Positions 30,194 through 39,909 of a stretch of DNA of 64,000 nt are shown here, one piece after another. The position numbers and the translations under genes are program-made. Under the pieces are notes generated by a model. That model had not been told where the DNA came from. It saw only the letters and a list, made by a program, of their open reading frames with translations, and searched no databases. Origin of the DNA: Candidatus Aminicenantes bacterium (lineage in GTDB: Bacteria; Acidobacteriota; Aminicenantia; Aminicenantales; JAFGBC01); assembly GCA_963702005.1 (NCBI GenBank), contig OY969696.1, positions 4,096,001-4,160,000 on the forward strand. The letters are read 5' to 3'. Numbering within the stretch: position 1 is the first letter of the stretch; the number at the start of each line of letters is the position of its first letter.

Positions 30194-30265
30194 TAGCCGT
30201 TAAAACCGCGTTACATCCCCGCCTTGCGGCCGGCTTCGACCCTGCGGACCGTCTCGGTGCGGATT

Positions 30266-30340
30266 GGGGTCAAACCTACACTTTGTCACTAAGTGCAAAT
30301 TGTCATTTTGTACTTTTTGCCAAAGTGTAGGTTTGACCCC
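30266..30340. repeat. 75-bp REP/MITE-like palindrome
   Basis: Perfect 20-bp arms GGGGTCAAACCTACACTTTG / CAAAGTGTAGGTTTGACCCC. Confidence 0.9.
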
Positions 30341-30382
30341 AATCCTACGCAGATCTGTTCCTTATCCGTAGAAGGACGATCC

Positions 30383-33178
30383 TCATCTGATATATGTCAT
30401 TGTGGCCGTATTGTTAGCATAGTTCCATTCGAGCACTCCGTGCGAATACAAGGTGAAAGTCCAAGTTCCGGCCTCCATTTGGGAAAGAAGCCTAACATTA
30501 TAATAAAAGACATAGGACTCGCCTGCCGCCAAGGGATCGATCATATAGCTTCCCCCCCATCCCGATCCTCCAGGGGAATAGACCATCCAATCGAGCCATG
30601 ACGAGGGGGCGTTCCCCGGCCCGTTATTGGTTACCACCCGTTTTACTCGGAAATACTTTAATCCAGGGATACCGATTATATCGTAGCTCAGCGATACCAC
30701 CAAGTCCGGAGACGGCGATACGATCCAGCCGTAGAGAATGTCTGTATTGTTGATTTCGTTCGACTCCGCAACTACGTTAGCGACGTCCGCTTTCGCTGAG
30801 ATCGAGTACGTGCCGGCCCACAACTGCCCTACGTTCCAATTCACGGTCGACGTTGCGCCAGCCGCGAGGGCGGGGACGCTATGCGATGTGGTAATGCCAG
30901 CTACACTTAAACTCAAAGTTGAGGCACCGGCGGTTGACCCCCCCGCATTCTTGACCACGGCGGTGACCGTGTTCTTATCCGCCATCGTCGCGTTCGCCGG
31001 GCTGTGCGTCAGGCTTTGAATAATTAAATCCGGCGGCACGATCACTAAGAAGCTGTCGGTCTTCACGTTGTTCGTCTCATTCGATTCGGCCACCGCGCCG
31101 TTGACGTCCGCCTGCGCCGTAACGACATAACTCGCGGCCGCCAAAGGCCCCACGGTCCGAGTTACGGTCGAGGTAGCGCCCACCGCAAGCGCGGGAATAG
31201 CGTGGGTCGTAGGAGTTGACTCCCAGCCGCCCTTCAGGCTCAGGGTCGAGGCCCCGGCCTGAGCCGCGCCCACATTCTTAACCACGGCGGTCACCGTGAT
31301 CGTATTCAGCGTCGTCGGACTCGCCGGACTGTGCGTCAAGCTATACACGATCAGGTCCGGCCCGGTCACCACGAAGCTGTCCTCCAGGGAGTTGTTCGTC
31401 TCGCGCGACTCCGCGATAACGTTGTTATCGTCAGCCCACGCCGTTGCGACATAGGTCGCGGCCGCCAAAGACCCCACGGTCCGAGTCACGGTCGCGGTCG
31501 CGCCCACCGCAAGCGCGGGAATAGCGTGGGTCGTGTCAGCTGAGGCGACCCTCAGACGTAGGGTTGAGGCGCCGGCCTGAGCCGCACCCACATTCTTAAC
31601 CACGGCGGTCACCGTGATCGTATTCAAGTTCGTCGGGTTCGCCGGGCTGTGCGTCAGGCTGTACACGATCAGGTCCGGGAGTGCGGCGGTGGCGATTTGG
31701 AATGGCGGGCTGTCCTCATAGACCTTGCCGTCCGTCGAGCTCGAGATTCGAACCATGTAATCCGTTCCGTCCGCCAGGCCGGCCGGGACCATCCATGAAT
31801 ATGCCCCCGCGCCGGCGCTAGTTTCCGCGACGATCGGTTTGATCAGAGTGGACCCCTTATACAAATCTATTTTCACTTTATCGATTTTGAGAAGATCCGC
31901 CAAAGACGCGGCCCCCGCCGTTTGACCGGCGATGCCCTCGGGGATCTGCCATTTGATCTTCTCCGTCGTGCCCATGACCCAGACCGAGGAGGCGTTCGGT
32001 AAAATTATGGAGATCGGACTCATATCCGGCTTCTTATGCATGATGTAAATTTCATTGTTGCCCGGGGTCAGGTCCTGCCAGACAACGAAGATTTGTGAGC
32101 CCCCGACCCCCAGGGATTGGCCGCAGGACGCGCCCGAATTATTCGTGAGCCTCTCGATTTCCCGCCAGGCGCCTCCCCCGTTCGTCGATTGCCGATGGGT
32201 GATCTCGAAATTTCCCGGCGTGTCGTCGTTCCAGACGACATCGAGGCTTGAGTCATTGACGGCCAGGGCCGGAGCCTCGGAGCGGCCTGAATTATTGGTG
32301 AGCCTCAAACCGGACTGCCAGGTGGCTCCTTGATCGGCGGATTTCCGGAAATAGATCTCAGGATTCCCGGGTGTCGTATCGCTCCAGGCGAGATAGACCG
32401 TTGAGCCCATGGCGGCGACGGCCGGAGAATTGGAGGAACCCGAATTCGTGGTGAGTCTTACGGAAGCTTGCCAAACAGCGCCTCCGTTCGTCGATTTCCT
32501 GAGGTAGATCTCGTAGTTACCGGACGTGTTCTCCTCCCAGACGACATAGACGCCCGAGTCGGCGGCGGCGACGGCCGGATTCCGGGCGTCGGCCGACCCC
32601 GAATTTCCGGATAGCGTTTTAGCGGCCTGCCAACCGACTCCTCGGTCGGCGGATTTCGTCAAGGCGATCCAGCAATTTCCTCCCTTGGCGCTATCGTCAT
32701 TATGCCAGGCCACATAGAGAGTCGCGCCGACGACGGCGATGGCCGGCTTTCCCGCTTTCGCCGTCTTGTTATTCGTCAGGGCCCGGGCGGCCTTCCAGTG
32801 GTTTCCTCCATCCTCGGATTTCATGAAATAGATCTGGGCGATCCCCGGCGTCGCATCCTCCCAGACGACATAGACGTTCGAGCCGTCGACGGCGATCGCC
32901 GGAGACTCGGAGTCACCGGCATTGGTGGTCAGTCTTTGGGTGATTTGCCAGGCGACTCCTCCATCGATCGATTTCCGGAAGTAGATTTCGCCATTTCCCG
33001 GCGTATCGTCCGTCCAGACGACATAGACCGCCGAGCCGTCGACGGCGATCTTCGGACTCCCCGAGTCGCCCGAGGTCGTCGTAAGCCTCGTAGTCATCCA
33101 GCCCGCTCCATAGGCAGTCCCCGAGGACAGGAGCAGAACGATCAGGCCCGCCATGAGGATCATTCTGAATGGTTTCAT
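30383..33178 (-). CDS. Secreted surface protein: BNR/Asp-box propeller + Ig-like domain + CARDB repeats (paralogue 2)
   Basis: Closely similar to 27174-29969 except for the last domain. Confidence 0.85.
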   Translation of the reverse strand: MKPFRMILMAGLIVLLLSSGTAYGAGWMTTRLTTTSGDSGSPKIAVDGSAVYVVWTDDTPGNGEIYFRKSIDGGVAWQITQRLTTNAGDSESPAIAVDGSNVYVVWEDATPGIAQIYFMKSEDGGNHWKAARALTNNKTAKAGKPAIAVVGATLYVAWHNDDSAKGGNCWIALTKSADRGVGWQAAKTLSGNSGSADARNPAVAAADSGVYVVWEENTSGNYEIYLRKSTNGGAVWQASVRLTTNSGSSNSPAVAAMGSTVYLAWSDTTPGNPEIYFRKSADQGATWQSGLRLTNNSGRSEAPALAVNDSSLDVVWNDDTPGNFEITHRQSTNGGGAWREIERLTNNSGASCGQSLGVGGSQIFVVWQDLTPGNNEIYIMHKKPDMSPISIILPNASSVWVMGTTEKIKWQIPEGIAGQTAGAASLADLLKIDKVKIDLYKGSTLIKPIVAETSAGAGAYSWMVPAGLADGTDYMVRISSSTDGKVYEDSPPFQIATAALPDLIVYSLTHSPANPTNLNTITVTAVVKNVGAAQAGASTLRLRVASADTTHAIPALAVGATATVTRTVGSLAAATYVATAWADDNNVIAESRETNNSLEDSFVVTGPDLIVYSLTHSPASPTTLNTITVTAVVKNVGAAQAGASTLSLKGGWESTPTTHAIPALAVGATSTVTRTVGPLAAASYVVTAQADVNGAVAESNETNNVKTDSFLVIVPPDLIIQSLTHSPANATMADKNTVTAVVKNAGGSTAGASTLSLSVAGITTSHSVPALAAGATSTVNWNVGQLWAGTYSISAKADVANVVAESNEINNTDILYGWIVSPSPDLVVSLSYDIIGIPGLKYFRVKRVVTNNGPGNAPSSWLDWMVYSPGGSGWGGSYMIDPLAAGESYVFYYNVRLLSQMEAGTWTFTLYSHGVLEWNYANNTATMTYIR

Positions 33179-33432
33179 TATCCCCTCCTTATTTGAAGAA
33201 AATTGGGGGGATTCAAATCCTCAGGACCCCGGCTGATCGACGTTAAATTGCGCCTAGCTGGTCGGCTTGAGATAGAAAAACTTGCTTTTTCCGGGAAACG
33301 ATGAATGCCCGCTCTCGGCGCTGAATCTCCCCTACTCCTTAAGTTTTTATTGTATCGTCATCATCGAGGCGATGTCAATCGCAGCGATGATGGCAATGTC
33401 AATCGAAAAGGGACTTGACGGCCATCGGAGAC

Positions 33433-34878
33433 TTAGGACTCCCTTTCCATCCAAAAGATCCTTTTCGAAGCGCGGTCGACCCTGAAGGCCTCCCCGGCCG
33501 GGAGGCCCGGCACCCAGACAATTCGGCGAGCGCGAGCCGAATCCCGAGACTTGGAGGATATCCCGACGACGATCACCGGGAGCCGGTCCCGTTCCTCGAC
33601 CGGAATCCCTTTGGCCCGCAGGATCTCCTTGAGCTTCTTCGAGCCGGGGGCGCCGAGCGGCCGGTAGCGATCGCCTTCCTGACGGTTCCTGACCACGATC
33701 GGGAATTCGATTTTATCCGCGTCGAGAAACGCCCGGGTCCGGTCGTCGAACGGAGCGGGAAACGTCCCCCGGAATTTCAGAAGCCGTCCCTTGAACTTAA
33801 CGCCCGTCTCCTTGATCGTCAAAACGCCCCGGCCGTCCCATAAGTAAGAAAATCGGACCTTTCCGGGGGCAGGCTCCGCGACCAAGACGATACCTTTGTC
33901 CCGCCGCAACATCAATCCTTTGGTCAGGGTCGCCATCTTCCCGTCGACGAGCCCGAGGACGGCTTCGACATCGGCGAACGTCACGCCCCTGAGGTTGCCT
34001 CGAATCTGCTCCAGAAAATCCCGGACGGACCGGCGGGCCTGGGCCTGAGGCAGGCGTTCGAGCGCGGGGAGGTCTAGCGTCGGTTTCCCTCTTTCGCTCT
34101 CATTGTTCTTGCCGTCAGTGTCGGCATTGACGAAACGAGAGATTCTTCGCGAACCCGGTTCGGCCCGGAGGTCCTCCTCAGCTTGAAGGATCAGGGCCAG
34201 CCGCCCAAGTTGGGAGACGACTTTGGGCTCGATCCGCTTCAGGAGGGGCAGGACTTCGTGCCGGATCCGGTTGCGGAAGAAACGGAGATCGAGGTTCGAC
34301 TCGTCCGTCCGGAAGTCGAGCCGCCGCGCGGCCAGCCAGCGGGCGATGTCTTTCCGTTCGATCCCCAGGAGAGGCCGGACGACGCCGCCCTCGCTCGCGG
34401 GCCTGATCCCGCCCAGGCCGCGGAGGCCCGTCCCGCGCAGGAGCCGCATCAGGACGGTTTCGGCCTGGTCGTCGGCGGTGTGCCCGGTCGCGATCCTGTC
34501 GGCCCCGAGCTTCTTCGCCGCGCTTTTCAAGAATTCGTAGCGCAATTCGCGGCCGGCTTCCTCGAGGTTCATTTTGCGGCGCTGGGCGTAACCCCGGACG
34601 TCCCTGGATCCGACGACGATCGGCAAGCCATATTTTGCGGCCGATTCCCGAGCGAACGTTTCGTCCTCCTTCGCGGCCGGGCGCAGGCGGTGATTAAAAT
34701 GGGCCAGGGCAAGCTCGAGTCTCAGCTCTCTCCGAGCGGCCAGGAATAGGGAGAGGAGAGCCGTCGAGTCCGGCCCGCCCGAGAAAGCGATCAAGATACG
34801 ATCCCCCGGGCGGACCAGGCCGTAGCGTCCGATCGTATTCCGGAATTGGACCAGAATGGCCGATCTCTCAGGGGCCAT
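33433..34878 (-). CDS. tilS: tRNA(Ile)-lysidine synthetase
   Basis: SGGPDS PP-loop, HFNHRLR, GHTADDQAETVL, DESN....F.RNRIR, C-terminal SKKLK...IP...R. Confidence 0.95.
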   Translation of the reverse strand: MAPERSAILVQFRNTIGRYGLVRPGDRILIAFSGGPDSTALLSLFLAARRELRLELALAHFNHRLRPAAKEDETFARESAAKYGLPIVVGSRDVRGYAQRRKMNLEEAGRELRYEFLKSAAKKLGADRIATGHTADDQAETVLMRLLRGTGLRGLGGIRPASEGGVVRPLLGIERKDIARWLAARRLDFRTDESNLDLRFFRNRIRHEVLPLLKRIEPKVVSQLGRLALILQAEEDLRAEPGSRRISRFVNADTDGKNNESERGKPTLDLPALERLPQAQARRSVRDFLEQIRGNLRGVTFADVEAVLGLVDGKMATLTKGLMLRRDKGIVLVAEPAPGKVRFSYLWDGRGVLTIKETGVKFKGRLLKFRGTFPAPFDDRTRAFLDADKIEFPIVVRNRQEGDRYRPLGAPGSKKLKEILRAKGIPVEERDRLPVIVVGISSKSRDSARARRIVWVPGLPAGEAFRVDRASKRIFWMERES

Positions 34879-34949
34879 GGCCGGAGGGGTTCCTTAGCGA
34901 ATATTCGGGCGGGCGGGCTGTCTCCATCGTGCTCGATAATACGGGAAAA

Positions 34950-35023
34950 TGGCGGCGGAGGGATTTGAACCCCCGACACTGCGGATATGAGCCGCATGCT
35001 CTGACCAACTGAGCTACGCCGCC
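34950..35023 (-). tRNA. tRNA with CAT anticodon (most like elongator tRNA-Met; Ile2 not excluded); CCA not encoded
   Basis: GGCGGCG TAGCTCAGTTGGTCAGAGC ATGCGG-CTCATAT-CCGCA GTGTC GGGGG-TTCAAAT-CCCTC CGCCGCC A cloverleaf. Confidence 0.93.
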
Positions 35024-35035
35024 GAAGGTGAAAAA

Positions 35036-35064
35036 ATTTTAGCGGAATCCGCGGGCAAAGTCAA
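35036..35064 (-). promoter_or_regulatory. Sigma70 promoter for the tRNA-tilS unit
   Basis: TTGACT-17-TAAAAT just upstream of the tRNA. Confidence 0.65.
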
Positions 35065-35134
35065 TTTGCCTTGACAGTCCCGCGGCCCCTTTGATATTGT
35101 CCTATTGCCAGCTTTTATCAAGGAGGATTATCCC

Positions 35135-35563
35135 ATGAAAAACGCCAAAGCCCTGATGACCGTCTTCATCCTTATCTTCGCCGTTTCCGGCGCCCTCCAG
35201 GCGGCCGTCCCCAGCCTCGTCGGCGCCTGGACGGGGACGGGCAAGGCGGTCGGACTCGAGCACGGCTACTACAACGTGACCTACTCCGTCACAGTGACGG
35301 ATCAGAACGGGAACTTGTTCCGGGGCAGCATCAAGATCACGACCCCGATGGGTTCCTTCACCCAAAAGTTCACCGGCATCATCAAGACCGACAACACGAT
35401 CGCGGCCAACTACCGGGAATCCACCGGCGAAAAGGTCACCGAGGCCATTTCGTTCGGGAAATACATCGCTCCGACCGCCAAACAGCCCAAGGCCGGTTAC
35501 GAAGGCTACTGGCTGAACTCGCTCAACCAGGATACCGGGACGATGTCGCTCCTCAAGAAATAG
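35135..35563 (+). CDS. Secreted hypothetical protein
   Basis: AGGAGG RBS, MKNAKAL signal peptide, LVGAWTG motif; TTGACA-18-TATTGT upstream. Confidence 0.7.
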   Translation: MKNAKALMTVFILIFAVSGALQAAVPSLVGAWTGTGKAVGLEHGYYNVTYSVTVTDQNGNLFRGSIKITTPMGSFTQKFTGIIKTDNTIAANYRESTGEKVTEAISFGKYIAPTAKQPKAGYEGYWLNSLNQDTGTMSLLKK

Positions 35564-36245
35564 CGGCCCGCACGGCGGCCGCGGCGTGAAGGGCCGTCGT
35601 GTCGAACAAGGGAAGCTCACAGTCGTCCTGACGGATGAGGAGCGGAATCTCGGTGCAGCCCAGGATGACGCCCTGGGCGCCGGATTGCGCCAGCTTCGCT
35701 ATGATGTCCAAATAGGCCCGCCGCGATTCCTCGCGGATGACGCCCCGGGCCAGCTCCTCGTAAATAACCGTGTGGATTGTCGTCAGGTCGGGCTCGGCCG
35801 GGATGAGGATGCGGAGGCCGTGCTTCTCTTTAAGCCTCTTCCGGTAAAAATCCTGCTCCATCGTATAGCGCGTCCCGAGTAATCCTACCGTTTTCAATCC
35901 TTGAGCCTTGACGGCCTCGGCCGCGGCGTCCGCAATATGGAGAAGGGGAATCTTGACCGAGGCCACAATATCGTCGGCCGTCCGATGCATGGTATTGGCG
36001 CAGATGACGATAAAATCCGCTCCGGCCCGCTCGACGTTCCGGGCCGCCTCGACCATGAGTTCCGTCAGCCTCTTCCAATCGCCCGCGACCTGGAGGCGTT
36101 CGAACTCATCGAATTCCACCGAGACCAGGACGCAGCGGGCCGAATGGGAGCCGCCCAGCTCGGCCTGAACCCCCTCGTTGATCAGCCGGTAGTATTCGAG
36201 CGTGCTATGCCAAGTCATCCCGCCCAGCAAGCCGATCGTTTTCAT
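35553..36245 (-). CDS. Aspartate/glutamate racemase family (YgeA/RacX-like)
   Basis: MKTIGLLGGM.W.ST..YY, CANTMH, LGCTEI. Confidence 0.93.
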   Translation of the reverse strand: MKTIGLLGGMTWHSTLEYYRLINEGVQAELGGSHSARCVLVSVEFDEFERLQVAGDWKRLTELMVEAARNVERAGADFIVICANTMHRTADDIVASVKIPLLHIADAAAEAVKAQGLKTVGLLGTRYTMEQDFYRKRLKEKHGLRILIPAEPDLTTIHTVIYEELARGVIREESRRAYLDIIAKLAQSGAQGVILGCTEIPLLIRQDDCELPLFDTTALHAAAAVRAAIS

Positions 36246-36255
36246 CGCAGTCCTC

Positions 36256-38388
36256 TCAGTCCTTGATCCCGGCCAGGTCGAGGATGAAGGCGTACTGGAA
36301 GGCCGTCTCGCGCAGCCGCCGGAAGCGGCCCGAGGCGCCGCCGTGTCCCGCCTCCATGTTCGTTTTTAAAATAAGCGGGTTCCGGTCGGTCTTGCTGACG
36401 CGGAGCCTGGCCACCCACTTGGCCGGCTCCCAATACTGGACCTGGGAGTCGTGGAGGCCGGTCGTCACCAGCAGGGCCGGGTAGGCCTTGGGCCGGACAT
36501 TGTCGTAAGGGGAATAATTCATCATGTATTCGTAGTAGGCCGGGTCGTTGGGATTGCCCCACTCGTCGAACTCCGTAGTCGTCAGCGGGATGGACGGGTC
36601 AAGCATGGTCGTCACGACGTCCACGAAGGGGACGGCGGCGATGACGCCCTTGAACAGGTCGGGCCGCAGGTTGACGACGGCGCCCATCAGAAGTCCCCCC
36701 GCGCTCCCGCCCTGGGCGAACAGCCTGTCGGGAGTTGTGTAGCCGTGCCGGACCAGGTATTCGGCGCAGGAGATGAAGTCGGTGAAGGTGTTCATCTTCT
36801 TGAAGAGCTTGCCGTCCTCGTACCAGAATCGGCCCATCTCGGAGCCGCCCCGGATGTGGGCCAGGGCGATAATGAAGCCGCGGTCCATGAGGGAAATCCG
36901 CATGATATTGAAACCCGGATCGGTCGAGGCGCCGTAGGAGCCGTAGCCGTAGATGAGGAGCGGCGCGGGACCTTTGTCGCGGGCGCCCTTCCGGTAGACG
37001 ACGGAAATCGGGACGAGCGTCCCGTCGTAGCCGGGCGCGCTCAGCCGCTCGGTCGCATAATCCTCGGGCTTGTAGCCGCCCAGGACCTCCTGCCGCTTGA
37101 GGACCGTTTGCTGCCGCGTCTTCATGTTGAATTCATAGACGGTCGCCGGCGTCGTCAGCGAATTGTATCTGTAGCGGAGGAGGTCGGTCGCCGGCTCGGG
37201 CGTCGGCGTCGGATAGGCTTCATAGGCTTTGTCCGGGTACTCGAGATAATAGCCGTCCTTTTCCCCCCAGGGGATGACCCGGATCTGCGACAGCCCGCCC
37301 TTCCGTTCGCTCAGGACCAGGAAATCCTTGAAGAGGCTAAACCCCTCGAGATAGACATCGGCCCGGTGGGGGATGACCTCCCGCCAATCGGCCAGGCCGG
37401 TCCGGCCGGGCGCCGCTTCCATCAGGCGGAAGTTGCGGGCCTGGTCGTTGGTCAGGATAGTGAACTTATCTCCGAGGTGGTCGACGCTGTATTCCAGGCC
37501 GTACGTCCGCGGCTGGAACATCGTGAACTCGGCCAGGGGTTGCGAAGCGTCCAGGTAGCGGTATTCAGTCGTCAGAGTGCTGCCCGAAACGATGAAAATG
37601 TATTTCTTGGAGCGGCTCTGGTCGAGCGAAAGCTCGAAGGTCGGATCCTGTTCGTAAAAGACCTCGACATCGCTTTTGGCCGGAGTGCCCAACGTGTGCC
37701 TGAAGATTTTGTAGAGACGGAGCGATTCATCGATAGCCGGGTAAAAGACGGTTTTGCTGTCGTTGGCCCAGACAGCGAAGCCGGCCGTCATCGTTATCTC
37801 CTCGGGATAAATCTTTCCCGTCTTGAGGTTCTTGAAGTAGAGCTTGTACTGCCGGCGCGAAACCGTGTCGACCCCATAGGCCAGGACCGCGTTGTCGGGG
37901 CTGACGGCGGCGCCGCCGATGTTGAAAAAGCTGTGCCCGGCGGCCATTTTGTTCCCGTCGAGCATGACCTCTTCCTTGGCCTTGAGCGTCTTGGCTTTGC
38001 GGCAGTAGACGGGATAGTCCTTGCCGGTCTCGAAACGGGTATAGTACCAGTAGCCGTTCTCGAAATAGGGGACGGACATGTCGGTCTGCTTGATCCGGCC
38101 GGTCATCTCGTTGTAGAGCTTTTCCTGGAGCGGCAGGGTGTGGGCCGTGAGCGCGTCCGTGTAAGCGTTTTCGGCCTTGAGGTACTCAACGACCTTGGGG
38201 TTGGAGCGCTCGTTGAGCCAGTAGTAATCGTCGACGCGGGTCTGCCCGTGGATGGTCAGCTCCTTGCGGATCTTCTCGGCCAGGGGCGGCTGGGGGACGT
38301 CCTGGGCAAGAACCGGAACCGCCAGCACGGCGACGAATAGGGCGGCCAGAAAAGCGGCCTTGAGTCTCAAAGAACGGGGGTTCTTCAT
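36256..38388 (-). CDS. ptrB: Oligopeptidase B (S9A), secreted
   Basis: DDYYWL, GYGSYG, GGSAGGLL, DSQVQYWEPAKW, GHGGASGR. Confidence 0.92.
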   Translation of the reverse strand: MKNPRSLRLKAAFLAALFVAVLAVPVLAQDVPQPPLAEKIRKELTIHGQTRVDDYYWLNERSNPKVVEYLKAENAYTDALTAHTLPLQEKLYNEMTGRIKQTDMSVPYFENGYWYYTRFETGKDYPVYCRKAKTLKAKEEVMLDGNKMAAGHSFFNIGGAAVSPDNAVLAYGVDTVSRRQYKLYFKNLKTGKIYPEEITMTAGFAVWANDSKTVFYPAIDESLRLYKIFRHTLGTPAKSDVEVFYEQDPTFELSLDQSRSKKYIFIVSGSTLTTEYRYLDASQPLAEFTMFQPRTYGLEYSVDHLGDKFTILTNDQARNFRLMEAAPGRTGLADWREVIPHRADVYLEGFSLFKDFLVLSERKGGLSQIRVIPWGEKDGYYLEYPDKAYEAYPTPTPEPATDLLRYRYNSLTTPATVYEFNMKTRQQTVLKRQEVLGGYKPEDYATERLSAPGYDGTLVPISVVYRKGARDKGPAPLLIYGYGSYGASTDPGFNIMRISLMDRGFIIALAHIRGGSEMGRFWYEDGKLFKKMNTFTDFISCAEYLVRHGYTTPDRLFAQGGSAGGLLMGAVVNLRPDLFKGVIAAVPFVDVVTTMLDPSIPLTTTEFDEWGNPNDPAYYEYMMNYSPYDNVRPKAYPALLVTTGLHDSQVQYWEPAKWVARLRVSKTDRNPLILKTNMEAGHGGASGRFRRLRETAFQYAFILDLAGIKD

Positions 38389-38540
38389 GCGGGTCTCCTT
38401 AAGGATTTTGTTTCAATCGTCACCGGAAACGCGATGGTACCGCCGGACACGAACGAAAGTCAACCCCTCGACACCCGAGCCTCGAGGCGGGGGCCTGTTC
38501 GGGGGTGACCCTGAGCCTCGGCGAACGGGTCAAGCCAACC

Positions 38541-39909
38541 TGTTGGGAAAAGTTGAAAAGTAGACACTTTAAACTTCAAAAGTGGACACGTGGAAAAGCC
38601 TTAATCGGGAACTTAGTGGAGGCGACCATTGAGTTGTGCCACCAGACTCGGATCTCCACGGTCTCATTGGCGAGGTTAGGAACCAGGTGCAGGTCGACCT
38701 CTTCGCCCGGGGGGACGTGCTTAATCGGGATTTCCTGTTTGTAGAAGGAGAGGCGTCGATAGGGGTTGACCACCCGCGTTTCCTTGAGGCAGAAGACATC
38801 TTTGGAGGCGTGGTAGGGTTTAGGAACGAGGAAGGGGCGGAAGAGGGACTGGCCGGCCCTGCGAGCCTTCGCAAAGCGATAATCGGGGATCTCGCCGGTC
38901 GTCGCGTGGACTTGGAGTCGATTATAGCGATGCATCTCGTCTTGGAGGACCTGGCGGACCTCCTCGAGGGTGGAGAGCTTTTCGAGGGCCGCCGTCCGCA
39001 CGATCCGATCCTGAAGCCAGCGATAGGAGCGCTCGATCTTGCCCTTGGCCTGGGGCGAGAGAGCATAGATGATCTCCACGCCCAGACTCTTCAGGACCTG
39101 CTTCCAGTAGGGATCGACGTCATCGGTCCTGAGGTTCAACTTCTTCCAAAAACTGTCCCGGTTCTGGACGAAGCGGAAGACGCGCAGGGAGTCCACGTAA
39201 TACTGTAAAGGTAAGCCATAGCGACAGATCAGGGCCTCAGCCGCCTGGATATGGGCCCAGGTGGTCTCGTGGGGAACCAGGTCGGCATACAAGAGCTTGC
39301 GGCTGTAGTCGTCCAGGGAGCTGATCAGGACCCATTGTTCCTGGGCGTAAGGAGACCAGCGGTGATGAGAGGCGTCGTGCTGGATCAGGGCGCCGATCGC
39401 GGTGGTCAGGACCTGCCGGTCGTGGAGCTTCTTCGGAGGATGTCCCTTGTAACATCCTAACGCCTTGGCCCGGCTAATGATCGTCGGGACCGAGACCTTG
39501 ATTCCCCGCTTGAGGAGTCGGTCCCGGATGGCGGAGTAGTTGTAGGAGGTGATCGGGAGGGTCCGGTCTTCGATGAGAGCCTTTTCGGCGATCAGCGCCC
39601 CCTTCATCTCCCCTTCGGCCTGGAGAGGCAGCTTCGCGGGGGACCGCCGGTGATAAGCGATCGAGAACGCCGCAGGATCCTCCCTATAGAGCTTGAGAAG
39701 GGCAAAGAACCGGGCCTTTCCGATGCCGAGGGCCTCTTCGACAACCGCGCGGTCCAGGAGGCCCTCCGTGTACCCCCTGAAGAGATTCCGGACATGCTCG
39801 GTCGTGAACCGTCTGTGAACCTGTTCCATACATTCCTCCTTCTTGAGGAATGTAACCCAGGTGTCCACTTTTCATCTTTAAACTGTCCACTTTTCAACTT
39901 TAAATAACA
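38541..39909 (-). mobile_element. IS1202-group (ISNCY) insertion sequence, apparently complete
   Basis: TGT...ACA ends; ~49-bp imperfect TIRs with repeated AAAAGT(G/A)GACA boxes; flanking direct repeat (C/A)GGGTCAAGCCAACC at 38526-38540 and 39910-39924. Confidence 0.85.
38576..39829 (-). CDS. DDE transposase (rve/IS1202-like)
   Basis: LIQHDASHH.W, DDYSR, YVD, SPQAKGKIER....LQDR; AGGAGG RBS before MEQVHRR. Confidence 0.9.
   Translation of the reverse strand: MEQVHRRFTTEHVRNLFRGYTEGLLDRAVVEEALGIGKARFFALLKLYREDPAAFSIAYHRRSPAKLPLQAEGEMKGALIAEKALIEDRTLPITSYNYSAIRDRLLKRGIKVSVPTIISRAKALGCYKGHPPKKLHDRQVLTTAIGALIQHDASHHRWSPYAQEQWVLISSLDDYSRKLLYADLVPHETTWAHIQAAEALICRYGLPLQYYVDSLRVFRFVQNRDSFWKKLNLRTDDVDPYWKQVLKSLGVEIIYALSPQAKGKIERSYRWLQDRIVRTAALEKLSTLEEVRQVLQDEMHRYNRLQVHATTGEIPDYRFAKARRAGQSLFRPFLVPKPYHASKDVFCLKETRVVNPYRRLSFYKQEIPIKHVPPGEEVDLHLVPNLANETVEIRVWWHNSMVASTKFPIKAFPRVHF

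Noticed and set aside
26906-30340. CRISPR array or DGR suggested by the repeats and variable C-termini
   Set aside because: Repeats are kb apart with no spacer periodicity; no cas genes, reverse transcriptase or adenine-specific template/variable repeat pair seen.
34950-35023. tRNA as an island integration site
   Set aside because: No duplicated tRNA 3' end found in the window, and the flanks are housekeeping-like.
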